Source of the DNA: Robiginitomaculum sp.
Lineage (GTDB): Bacteria > Pseudomonadota > Alphaproteobacteria > Caulobacterales > Maricaulaceae
Assembly: GCA_016765135.1 (NCBI GenBank)
Contig: JAESQN010000044.1
Coordinates: 1 to 64,000 of the forward strand
Direction: 5' to 3'
DNA length: 64,000 bases
Part shown: positions 39,122-48,784 of the stretch, piece after piece
Layout: every line of letters begins with the position of its first letter
Numbering within the stretch: position 1 is the first letter of the stretch
Notes under the pieces: generated by a model
The model's input: the letters and a program-made list of their open reading frames with translations, nothing else
Told to the model about the DNA's origin: nothing
Database searches by the model: none
Made by a program: the position numbers and the translations under genes

Positions 39122-40528
39122 ATGCGTAAATATCTTCTCATCTTCACGGCTTTAGCCAGCTTAACGGGGCAAATTGCCCAAGAATCTATGGCCCAGGACA
39201 ATCAAGAATTGTCCATGACCATTTACGGGGATGGTCGGGCATTGATCGAAGATGTGCGAGATTTTAGTTTCCCCGAAGGGCGTAGCGTTATTGTTCTGCC
39301 CAATGTGTCGTCGCAAATCAATGCACCTTCAGCCAGCTTCATCGCCGACGACATAGAAATCGTCGAACAAAATTTTGATTTCGATTTGCTGACCCCCAAC
39401 AAGCTGATGCAAAAGGCGGTGGGCGAAACCGTCACCATTATCCGCACCAATCCGGGCACTGGGGTCGAGACCCGCGAAAAGGCCAAAGTGCTGGCGGTCA
39501 ATAATGGTGTGGTTGTACAAATCGGCAGGCGTATTGAAGTCTTGCGAGATGATAACCTGCCGACCAGGGTGATTTTTGACAAAATCCCGGAAAACCTGCG
39601 CGCCAAACCAACATTATCCGTCATGGTCAATTCGGCCAAGGCCAGTACACGTCCCGCTACTTTGACCTATCTGTCCGGGGGGCTGTCATGGCGGGCCGAT
39701 TATGTTTTAATGTTTAATGAACAAGCCAAAAAAATGGATTTACAAGGCTGGGCTACCTTGACCAATAACACCAACACCACATTTAAAAACGTCAAAACAT
39801 CCTTGATCGCCGGGCATGTGGGCAATAAAAACCGGAACCAATATAACCGCAACAACCGCCGTAATGTCCGGGGCAATGTCCGAAGTGGCGGCACCGAGCA
39901 AAGCCCGCAAGAACGCGTTGGCGACAATTATCTCTACCCCTTGCCGGGCACTACCACCATCGCCAGCTCCCAGACTAAACAAGTCAGCTTTGTGGACGCG
40001 GAAAGTGTAGCGGCAGACAAGTCCTATGAATATGAAGCCCGCTGGTTCCAAACCCTCAAAGACCCGCAAAATGTCGATGTGCGGATTGTGTTTAGCAATT
40101 CGCGGGACGCTGGTCTCGGTGAAGCTTTGCCCAAGGGCATTATCCGGGTCTATGCCAAGGATGCCCAAGGTCGCTCACAATTTATCGGCGAGGATACAAT
40201 CACCCATGTGGCTGGCGGCTCTGAACTGGCCCTGAAAATCGGTGAAGCGTTTGATGTGACCGTTAAGCCAAGCGTCATGTCAACAAATAAAGTGTCGTCC
40301 AAGCGTACTGATACCTCCATGAAATACGAGATCAAGAACGCTAAAAACGAGCCTGTGAAAGTCACCATTCGCCAGCAATTATGGGGCTGGCGCACTGAAT
40401 ATGACATACGCAAAGAGAGCCATGATAGCCGCACACCCGATGCTTATAGCCGGGTGTGGACGGTGGATGTTCCGGCCGAGGGCAGTACCAATCTGACCTT
40501 TACCATCCGCGAGACCCGGCCTTACTAA
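39122..40528 (+). CDS. DUF4139 (TIGR02231, MuiA-like) family secreted protein, paralog 1
   Basis: Signal peptide; family-typical N-terminal and C-terminal beta-rich segments; N/R-rich low-complexity insert GNKNRNQYNRNNRRNVRGNVRSGG. Confidence 0.6.
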   Translation: MRKYLLIFTALASLTGQIAQESMAQDNQELSMTIYGDGRALIEDVRDFSFPEGRSVIVLPNVSSQINAPSASFIADDIEIVEQNFDFDLLTPNKLMQKAVGETVTIIRTNPGTGVETREKAKVLAVNNGVVVQIGRRIEVLRDDNLPTRVIFDKIPENLRAKPTLSVMVNSAKASTRPATLTYLSGGLSWRADYVLMFNEQAKKMDLQGWATLTNNTNTTFKNVKTSLIAGHVGNKNRNQYNRNNRRNVRGNVRSGGTEQSPQERVGDNYLYPLPGTTTIASSQTKQVSFVDAESVAADKSYEYEARWFQTLKDPQNVDVRIVFSNSRDAGLGEALPKGIIRVYAKDAQGRSQFIGEDTITHVAGGSELALKIGEAFDVTVKPSVMSTNKVSSKRTDTSMKYEIKNAKNEPVKVTIRQQLWGWRTEYDIRKESHDSRTPDAYSRVWTVDVPAEGSTNLTFTIRETRPY

Positions 40529-42115
40529 ATGCGGGTTTTGTTGGTCATATTAGCGGTTTTACTCGCGGCCTTTCCGGCTACGGCGGGCGAGCTACCGCGT
40601 GTTATCTCGCACAAGGCGGACAGCACGGCATTGACCATTTATCCGGATAATCTGGCGCTGATTACGGAAACCCGCACGGTCAACCTGCCCAAGGGTAAGT
40701 CCACACTGGTCTTTGCCGGGGTCAATGACCGCATGGTGCCTGCCTCGGTTTTATTGCGCGAATTTACTGGTCTGACCATTGAGCGTAATTTTGACTATGC
40801 TTTGTTGAGCAAAGCCAATTTGTTTGAACGCTCTATTGGCCAAACAGTCACCCTAACCCGCACGGATTACAGGAGCGGCAAGGTTAAAAAGAGCCGTGCC
40901 AAAATCGTTTCGGTAGGCGACGGGGTGGTGTTTGAAGTCGGCGGCAAGTTCGAGACTTATCAATGCTCTGGCCTGTCCGAAGGAACATTGTTTGAAAACC
41001 TGCCAGACGGTCTGAGCAATGTACCAGAGCTGTCTATAGATGTGCAGACCAAAGCGGCCGGGCCGCAAGAAGTGGTGATCACATATTTGGCCGATAATTT
41101 TTCCTGGGAGGCCGATTATAGGCTTGATTTGGCAGGTGATGAAAAAACCGCGAAATTGGCTGGCTGGATTACTTTGGAAAATATGACGTCCCAGTCGTTC
41201 AAAGACACCCCGCTCGCCATCATCGCCGGACGTCTGAACCGCAGCTACCAAACTCGCGCCCCAAATTTCAAGCGCAAAACCCTGCGCGCCAATTGCTGGC
41301 CAAACCAGTCAACGCAAACGCCTGTTGCGCTTAGGGAATATCGTTACCGGGAACAGAGAAATTCTCCACAAGTATATTATGGTTTAGATGGAAGCGTTTC
41401 AAATTTCGATTCGCCGCCTGCTGTTGCAAGAATGGCAGAATTTGACGAAATCGTTGTGACAGCCTCCAAACGGCGCGAGGTCGAACAAGAAGATTTCGGG
41501 GATTATAAACTTTACCGGATTAACGAGCCTGTTACCGTCAGTGCTTACCAGACCAAACAAATTCGTTTCATGGATATTGCTGGAGCCGAATATAAAAAAC
41601 TGCACACTTTGGATGTGAACCTTAACCCGAATCACGTCAACGGTATACGCAGGCTGGAAGAAACCTCTATTGAATACCGGCTCAATAATGACCGCGACGG
41701 CAAGATTGCCAAAGCCCTGCCCAAAGGCACCATGCGTCTGTTTGCAAAAAACGACGCCGGACACAGGCTGGTCATCGGCGAAACCGATGTGCGCGACACG
41801 GCCATAGATAATCCCATGAAAATCTATCTGGACAAAAGCTTTCTGGTGCAGGTTTATACAACCAACACCAAACGGACGTTTAATCCAATGGGCAAAAAAG
41901 GTACGGGTATTGATCTGGATATGGTCCACAAAATTACCAATGCTACAGACGTTCCCGCCTTGGTCGAGATCAACATCCCCGGCGCATACCCGTCCCTAAA
42001 AACCCGCTACCCCAGCCACAAGCGCGACCCCAAAGTCGGCCCAAACGGCTGGACAATATTGATACCCGCAAATGATACGGTCACCCTAAAATACAAAGCG
42101 ATTTATATTCAGTAA
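40529..42115 (+). CDS. DUF4139 (TIGR02231) family secreted protein, paralog 2
   Basis: Collinear similarity to paralog 1 (…SWEADYRLDLAG…LAGWITLENMTSQSF vs …SWRADYVLMFNE…LQGWATLTNNTNTTF). Start is 1 nt after the stop of paralog 1. Confidence 0.6.
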   Translation: MRVLLVILAVLLAAFPATAGELPRVISHKADSTALTIYPDNLALITETRTVNLPKGKSTLVFAGVNDRMVPASVLLREFTGLTIERNFDYALLSKANLFERSIGQTVTLTRTDYRSGKVKKSRAKIVSVGDGVVFEVGGKFETYQCSGLSEGTLFENLPDGLSNVPELSIDVQTKAAGPQEVVITYLADNFSWEADYRLDLAGDEKTAKLAGWITLENMTSQSFKDTPLAIIAGRLNRSYQTRAPNFKRKTLRANCWPNQSTQTPVALREYRYREQRNSPQVYYGLDGSVSNFDSPPAVARMAEFDEIVVTASKRREVEQEDFGDYKLYRINEPVTVSAYQTKQIRFMDIAGAEYKKLHTLDVNLNPNHVNGIRRLEETSIEYRLNNDRDGKIAKALPKGTMRLFAKNDAGHRLVIGETDVRDTAIDNPMKIYLDKSFLVQVYTTNTKRTFNPMGKKGTGIDLDMVHKITNATDVPALVEINIPGAYPSLKTRYPSHKRDPKVGPNGWTILIPANDTVTLKYKAIYIQ

Positions 42116-42355
42116 ATTTCTTCCCCCCACACCAAAACCATCATAGTCATTACACGAGTGAAAACGCTCTGGGAAAGGGATAAAGTGAGGGGTAACTGGG
42201 CGATGTAGAGGGGAAGACAAGCCGTCTGCCAGGGTAAATTTGGTTATTTCCGGTTAAGTATAAACCCAATTATCATTTGATAATCAACATAACCTGGCGA
42301 TAATTCCGTATTGGGTCAAATTTAGTGCGTGGGGGCTAGTTGACAGGAATGACAT

Positions 42356-43627
42356 ATGCATGCGTCTAATACAGAGTGGCTTGATACCATACGCCATTAT
42401 AAGGTTGAATTTACGCCGAATTTAACCACTGCACAAATCATATACAAGATAGCGCAGGGGTCTCCGGCGGCGGCCCTTGGCTTGTCGCCGGGTGATGCAC
42501 TACTTAGTGTAAATGGCGTTCCTGCTGCCAGGCTGGATATTGACGAAATATTGCTTAAAGCAAGTATTATCATATATCGAATTTATAGCCCTGCACATAA
42601 AAGTATTGTGGATATAAGAATGCGCTGTATTCCGCTCGGTGTACGTTTCCTTGCGTCAGCAACGGCGATACTTGGCCATGCGCGCAAGCATGGCTATGAT
42701 GGGGCGGCAGGTTTTTATGCTTTGTGGGAACAGGAAGATTATGACAATATTCTTATGCTTTCGCGCATTATTGATGCGAAGAAATCTGCCAATTTAATCT
42801 CCGCAATACTTGGAGCGGCCAAATTAGATCCAATTGGCAAATTCATGACGGCTGTTTGCGCGTATGAACAAAAGAGCAATGGCAAGGCCCCGGACGACAT
42901 TCGTGAGTTTGTGAAAATGCATGCCAGTAATTATGCGGGAGATGTACAGGCTTTAGGGTATTACTATTTGGCCCGCCTGGCTAGAGATGCATCGGATTTG
43001 CTTTATTACCAGGAATATATGCGTCAAGCCTATGAGCTAAACCCGGCCTCGGAACGTATTTGCCGAGGTGCGCGCATGGCCAAGATCAATATTGATGAAA
43101 GCCACCCTATGCTTGGGCGGATGATGCCGACGCACTATAAATTCAAATTACTCGGCACCCAAAATGGGTTGAAGTCAGAGCTGGATCTGCCAACATTGAT
43201 TTCGCATCTGCGTGATGGCCAAGTTATTCCTTTATGCTTTATGGCCAATTACCGAGCAAGTCTTGCTTATAATCATGCGTTGAAAACTTATCGAACCATG
43301 CACGATTGTATCGGGAATAATTTAGCGCCAATGGTGGTCATCACAAATAAGTCCCGGCAAAAATCTGATATGTCTTCGTGGTTTGAACAAGAGCGCCTTG
43401 CTTTGAAAAACGGTCTCCCCATCACAGTATTATTTGAGAAGAGGGGTAGTTTCATTTCAGATTTGGATTTAAAAGGCGCACCGGTATTTTGGGCAATTAA
43501 CAAGTCTGGCCGTGTAATCTGGACTGATGGTTTGTCAGATGCCTATGATTATTGGCGTTTGTTATATGCCATAAATGGAACCGGTGCGCTGAGTGGTGAT
43601 AGTCGGGGACTAGCTAAACACGCCTAA
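42356..43627 (+). CDS. hypothetical protein: N-terminal PDZ-like, central TPR-like, C-terminal thioredoxin-fold-like without CxxC
   Basis: GLSPGDALLSVNGVP PDZ signature; YYYLARLARD…YQEYMRQAYELNP helical repeat; C-terminal beta-alpha-beta pattern. AT-rich. Confidence 0.45.
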   Translation: MHASNTEWLDTIRHYKVEFTPNLTTAQIIYKIAQGSPAAALGLSPGDALLSVNGVPAARLDIDEILLKASIIIYRIYSPAHKSIVDIRMRCIPLGVRFLASATAILGHARKHGYDGAAGFYALWEQEDYDNILMLSRIIDAKKSANLISAILGAAKLDPIGKFMTAVCAYEQKSNGKAPDDIREFVKMHASNYAGDVQALGYYYLARLARDASDLLYYQEYMRQAYELNPASERICRGARMAKINIDESHPMLGRMMPTHYKFKLLGTQNGLKSELDLPTLISHLRDGQVIPLCFMANYRASLAYNHALKTYRTMHDCIGNNLAPMVVITNKSRQKSDMSSWFEQERLALKNGLPITVLFEKRGSFISDLDLKGAPVFWAINKSGRVIWTDGLSDAYDYWRLLYAINGTGALSGDSRGLAKHA

Positions 43628-44397
43628 AACCCGGACGAAATACCGACACCAAACCAGACGCTAGATTTGCCTGGTGCAGAAACTGTCGCAAGGTTGGTGA
43701 TGTCAAAATTTGTATCAAGGAAAGTGTTTTGTGAACTTAGGCCAGCGTTGATGCCCACATAGACGGCGGTGTTGTCATTAAACCCGTAGGACAAAGCCCC
43801 GGACAGCGATCCGTATTGGTAATCCCCCGCACCGTCAACGGTCACTAGCCCGGCAGCAGCGCCCACATCAAAGCTGGTTTTTTCGCCGAGCGGGAATGAA
43901 TGCTCCGCACCGCCTTCCAGGGTGAAAGCTTTCAAATTGAGGTCATAAAAGGCCGTGACGCTAGGGGCGAGGGGGGCGTCGAAACCGAGACCGCCGTAAA
44001 TTTCAACCGTGCCTGCGTCATTAGAACCAATGTCAAACAAGCCGCCAGATTGCGGGTAGTGATAGAGGGTCGCACCGACATTAGCGGAAATTTTTTCATT
44101 AAGGTCAAAACCGTAGTCCACATAAAAGTCGATTTCATCGGCAAAGGCAATGCTTTCTTCGCCGCTGGCCACAGAGGCCCAAACCCCGGCGGTGAAATTT
44201 CCCCCAAAAGCTGAAGTGGATATTTCTGCGCCGGGCTGAAACGCACTTCCGGCCAGCGTGATGCCGCGAAACACATATTCCGAGACATAATCGACGCTAA
44301 CGCTAACGCTTATATTGCTGTCATCCCCTGCAAAAGCATGGCTGGAATAGCCGAGTGCCAGAAGCGGGAGGGCGAGTTTGAGTGCAAAGTTTTTCAT
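43624..44397 (-). CDS. outer-membrane beta-barrel protein of the Gcw_chp/TIGR02001 family
   Basis: Signal peptide …SSHAFA|GDD, C-terminal …GVGISSGF. ATG at 44397 with GGAGA RBS; downstream of amtB on the same strand. Confidence 0.6.
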   Translation of the reverse strand: MKNFALKLALPLLALGYSSHAFAGDDSNISVSVSVDYVSEYVFRGITLAGSAFQPGAEISTSAFGGNFTAGVWASVASGEESIAFADEIDFYVDYGFDLNEKISANVGATLYHYPQSGGLFDIGSNDAGTVEIYGGLGFDAPLAPSVTAFYDLNLKAFTLEGGAEHSFPLGEKTSFDVGAAAGLVTVDGAGDYQYGSLSGALSYGFNDNTAVYVGINAGLSSQNTFLDTNFDITNLATVSAPGKSSVWFGVGISSGF

Positions 44398-44445
44398 TGT
44401 ATTCTCCAATTTAATAAGGCTAATAAAGGGGGTTGAATAAAGGGA

Positions 44446-45765
44446 TTAAGAAACGAATTCAGGATAGGCGGCGACACCAAGTTCGCCCTGATCAAGACCC
44501 ACATGCTCTTCTTCGGGCGAGACGCGGATGCCGATTGTGGCTTTCAGGGCTAGCCAGAGAATTATGCTGACGGTGAAGACAAATGCTCCGATAGCAACGA
44601 CACCGATAAGCTGTGGCAAGAAGCTGACATCCGGGTTGGTGAAGGCCACCGCCAGCGTGCCGAAGATACCTGCGACCAAGTGAACAGGAATGGCGCCGAC
44701 AACATCGTCGATCTTGAACTTGTCCAGCAAAGGCACGCTCAACATGGCCAGCAATGAACCAAGGCCGCCGACCAACATGGCGACAGGGACGCTTGGGGTT
44801 AAAGGTTCCGCCGTTATGGCGACCAGCCCGGCCAACGCACCGTTGAGTGCCATGGTCAAGTCGATTTTTTTATAGCGCAATTGTGTATAAAGAACCGCGA
44901 CCACGACACCGGCGCAAGCGGCCATATTGGTGTTGACGAAAATGGTTGAAACATCCGTCACATTCTCAATTGTGCCCATAGCCAATTGTGAGGCGCCGTT
45001 AAAGCCGAACCAGCCGAGCCACAGGATAAACACACCCAGGGTTGCCAGAGGCATGTTGGAGCCGGGGATCGGGTTGATCTGGCCGTTTTTACCGTATTTT
45101 CCAGCCCGTGCGCCCAGGATGATAGCGCCCGCGAGTGCGGCCCAGCCGCCCGTTGAATGGACGAGTGTGGAGCCAGCAAAGTCTGAGAAGCCTTTGGCAT
45201 CAAGCCAACCAGCACCCCATTCCCATGACCCGACAATCGGGTATATGAAACCAGTGAGAAGAGCCGTGAACAACAAGAACGGCCAAAACTTAATCCGCTC
45301 GGCCAAAGTACCCGAAACGATTGAAGCCGTGGTCGCGCAAAACACCATCTGGAAGAACCAGTCCGAGTGGGCTGAATATCCGGTTTCCGTGTCGGGCGCA
45401 CCAAAGCTCATGATTTTCGGCACGCCGATAAATCCGCCCTCGGTAATGCCGTACATGAGTTGATAGCCAACCGCCCAGAACATAATCCCGGCTACGGCAT
45501 AAAGAGAAATGTTTTTCAAGCACTGCATGGAGACGTTTTTGGTGCGCACCAATCCGGCCTCGAGCATAGCAAAACCCGCCGCCATCCACATCACGAGGAA
45601 CCCGCCAATGAGGAATAAAAGCGTGTTGAAAATATAAGCGTTTTGGGTGTTGCTGGCATCAAGCTTGGCAGCTAGTTCCGCCACATCAGCGGCTTGCGCA
45701 TGGGCTGCCGGGGCCGCGAGCAATAAGAGCGGTAGAAATTTTAGTGATGTTTTAAAGTATGACAT
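44446..45765 (-). CDS. amtB: ammonium transporter AmtB (with signal peptide)
   Basis: Amt/MEP signature regions (…DFAGSTLVHSTGGWAALAGAIILGAR…), 11 TM plus cleavable signal. Confidence 0.9.
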   Translation of the reverse strand: MSYFKTSLKFLPLLLLAAPAAHAQAADVAELAAKLDASNTQNAYIFNTLLFLIGGFLVMWMAAGFAMLEAGLVRTKNVSMQCLKNISLYAVAGIMFWAVGYQLMYGITEGGFIGVPKIMSFGAPDTETGYSAHSDWFFQMVFCATTASIVSGTLAERIKFWPFLLFTALLTGFIYPIVGSWEWGAGWLDAKGFSDFAGSTLVHSTGGWAALAGAIILGARAGKYGKNGQINPIPGSNMPLATLGVFILWLGWFGFNGASQLAMGTIENVTDVSTIFVNTNMAACAGVVVAVLYTQLRYKKIDLTMALNGALAGLVAITAEPLTPSVPVAMLVGGLGSLLAMLSVPLLDKFKIDDVVGAIPVHLVAGIFGTLAVAFTNPDVSFLPQLIGVVAIGAFVFTVSIILWLALKATIGIRVSPEEEHVGLDQGELGVAAYPEFVS

Positions 45766-45805
45766 TTTGTGTCTCCAGATAAATATGGTGGTGTTTCGGG
45801 GGCGG

Positions 45806-46155
<350 letters not shown>

Positions 46156-46307
46156 TCATTAGCTGGCTGGTTGCTAGGGTTTGAACATGTGGCGTGTCGA
46201 GAACGGGAGATGGAATTGCCGAAAAACCTGCACGAAACACGTAAATTGCCTAAATTTTGATCGTACAATTACCTTGATGCACAAATTTTCATCACCTATT
46301 GAAAGCT

Positions 46308-46888
46308 ATGGAACCAAAAACCAAATTGCAAACATCACCCGAGGAAGCGGGCCGCATCCGCCGCGCCGTTCAAAATGTCCGCAAAATAGACGGCGGCAAT
46401 GGCAGCAGCCGGTTGGTAGAGCCGCGCCATGCCGGGGAGATATTAGAATTGCTCAAAGACGAGCGGGTCTCGGGCGATGTTTACACATTACCCCGCCCCT
46501 TTAGTATAACGTCCATAACGGACTGGATAGAAGACCACCAAGCCCAGGCGCGGGCAGGGACAGGGCTTTTGCTCTACGCCCGGCACGAAGACGGCAAGAT
46601 CATGTCCATAACCGATTTCCAGTTCTGGCCCAAATGGTCAGCCTGCGAATTCGGCGGCGTCATAGCCCACACCCACCAAAACCAATCCCTGGGCACAGTT
46701 GGCGTAAAAGCCATGTGCGACTTTGCGTTCGAAACAATCGGTGTCCAACTCATAGCCCTAACAACATCCCTCGACAATGTCCGCTCCCAAAAATCATAGA
46801 ACATCTGGGGTTTTCGCAGATGGGAGAGATGGACAGTGTAAGGCCAGACGGGAGTGTAAGACGGTCGCTTTATTGGGAGATGGGGTGA
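46308..46888 (+). pseudogene. GNAT family N-acetyltransferase, frameshifted near 46787 (or sequencing error)
   Basis: Frame 0 ends …LDNVRSQKS* at 46799. The expected GNAT C-terminus continues in another frame from 46787 (PKIIEHLGFSQMGEMDSVRPDGSVRRSLYWEMG). The shift site is the ccc-aaaaa homopolymer. Confidence 0.5.
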
Positions 46889-47256
46889 GTGTGGGCATGG
46901 TGGTTTTTTTGTGAAGAGTTGTGTTGCGAATTCATACTTGGCACTTGAATGGAAGCATAATGGCCCTATATTGTTACTACAATGGTTGTAGTTTGGTTGA
47001 TGCCTGCACTTAGGTCATGAGCCTAGGGATTGACAAATGACCTAATTTGGTATAGATACTACTTTACCTAAGCCATCATGTGTGCCCGTCGATGATACTT
47101 GTATTGTTTGTAGGCCGCGTCATTGTATCGGCAAACTGGAAAGATATGCCTTGAGCGTTGATCTGGTTAAGACCGCATTGAGCATGTGAAACCGACTTAG
47201 GTACATGAATTCGGATAGGCGTAGCGTTATAGCTGCGCCTATTGTCGTTTCTGACA

Positions 47257-48072
47257 CTACCTTATAAAACCGTTGGGAAACATGTTGACGTGTGAGCATG
47301 GTGAAATGTCTACGGCAACCGCATGACAATTGTGAAATTTACCACTAATATGTCTGTCACCCTCTAGGGATACATTGAAATGTCGATATCGGTCCAGCGT
47401 GACACCAAAGCGTGCCGACGCTGTTAGCGAACACTCAGCTTCATGAGGCGGCCTTCTCGTCTCAGATTGCCCGTGCCGCTCTTGGCCAAGCCCGAAATAT
47501 CTGCCTTCGTCGTCTTTCAAAAAGTGAGCCTTATACCGCGTTCTTTTCTTGGGGGTTCTTCTATTACGAACAGCTTTCAACTTGGTCTCTAACAATTCCA
47601 GAAACTTGCCCTCATCATTCATTGTCCGGCAAACCCGAAATATCTCGGTTAGTTCTGGAGCAGCGAAACTTTGACCGGGAAGTGCTAAGCATTGAAAGAA
47701 TTTCAGGTCGTTAAATTTTTGCGAAACAAAGTGTAGATTCTTCAACCATCTCGTGAGACTATGACCAAAGTAATTTTTCATGTTGCCCTTTGCATCAACT
47801 GCATTGAAGGTCTTTAAAAAGACAGCAGATGAACAGTCATTCAAGCGATTTTCGTTACCTGTCTCGACTAATACGCCAACCGCATCGTGCTTCTTATGAG
47901 CTCCTAGCAATATCTCAAACAATTTGTCGTCGCTGCATGCCGCATTAACTGACAGTGGGTTATATTGAACATTTCCTTCGCGAAGCTCCCTTGGGACAAC
48001 TGCGCCTTTTTGCTCATCAAAAAATGCCAAAACGTCAGCGTCCCTTGCAACCACAACTATCGCAATCTTCAT
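47257..48072 (-). CDS. hypothetical 271-aa protein: N-terminal Rossmann-like (possibly NYN/PIN-like) domain plus basic His/Arg-rich C-terminus
   Basis: MKIAIVVVARDADVLAFF…DAVGVLVETGNEN strand-helix-strand pattern; C-terminus RNRRTPKKRTRYKAHF…RYRHF…HNCH. AT-rich; start abuts the stop of the upstream 142-aa ORF. Confidence 0.45.
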   Translation of the reverse strand: MKIAIVVVARDADVLAFFDEQKGAVVPRELREGNVQYNPLSVNAACSDDKLFEILLGAHKKHDAVGVLVETGNENRLNDCSSAVFLKTFNAVDAKGNMKNYFGHSLTRWLKNLHFVSQKFNDLKFFQCLALPGQSFAAPELTEIFRVCRTMNDEGKFLELLETKLKAVRNRRTPKKRTRYKAHFLKDDEGRYFGLGQERHGQSETRRPPHEAECSLTASARFGVTLDRYRHFNVSLEGDRHISGKFHNCHAVAVDISPCSHVNMFPNGFIR

Positions 48073-48501
48073 CTATTTACCTTCGAGAAGCCGAACAATT
48101 ACTCTTGCAGGTATCGAAACACCAGCAATTTCTTCTGGTGGAAGTTCTGAAAGTGCTTCGATGAAGCCATAAAACGCTCGACGGTTTTTCCGCAATCGGT
48201 CGAGTTCTGAAGGCTCTGATTTTGATAGAGTAGGTATATCAGTATAAGAAAAGCTCTTGGCCGTAGGAATAATACCTATTTTTGCAAATTGCGTCGGATG
48301 CTGCACAATGGCCAATTTGCCTGCATTATCTGCGATGAATTTGCGAAGTCCCTGCAATTTAAGAATTGCCTTATAGTCAAACCCCGCATCCTTAAGGTTT
48401 GCCCCCAATTCACTTAGAAGAAGTGGTGTTCTTTCTTTTTTCCAATTTTCGGTACAAAGCTCGACAATCTTATCGGCCAACTCTTCCTTTGTGTGTTGCA
48501 T
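48073..48501 (-). CDS. hypothetical 142-aa protein with N-terminal winged-helix (OST-HTH/LOTUS-like) segment
   Basis: ELADKIVELCTENWKKERTPLLLSELGANLKDAGFDYKAILKLQGLRKFIADNAGKLAIV matches helix-turn-helix/wing spacing; first gene of a two-gene minus-strand operon. Confidence 0.45.
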   Translation of the reverse strand: MQHTKEELADKIVELCTENWKKERTPLLLSELGANLKDAGFDYKAILKLQGLRKFIADNAGKLAIVQHPTQFAKIGIIPTAKSFSYTDIPTLSKSEPSELDRLRKNRRAFYGFIEALSELPPEEIAGVSIPARVIVRLLEGK

Positions 48502-48784
48502 GTTATTCCCTAAATAAAATGACCACAGAATGTGGGCCTGAACCGCCCTGTGTATGTCAGGGGCTGTTTAGTTCAAGTTATGCAGATTTTAGGGCTTTGT
48601 CTAGTGCTACGCAGTATAGTTCCTCTGCTCCGGCGGGTGTGGTGTTTCGTTTAAGGATAAACTCGGCCCTCAAATCTCCCTCTTGACCACCCGCCCCGAA
48701 TCTCCCATAACGCCTGCGGGTTGCGTCCTCCCACTAGGGCGTTGTTTTTTACGGGTTACAAAAATTGCCCGTTTGGAGACTTTT

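Noticed and set aside
46181-46504. 107-aa ORF spanning the glnK upstream region and the GNAT start
   Set aside because: Overlaps the glnK promoter and the better-supported GNAT frame; no homology.
48540-48700. Hairpin plus T-run upstream of serC (AACGCC…GGCGTTGTTTTTT) as an attenuator or terminator
   Set aside because: Only a 6-bp stem with a 23-nt loop; too weak to call.
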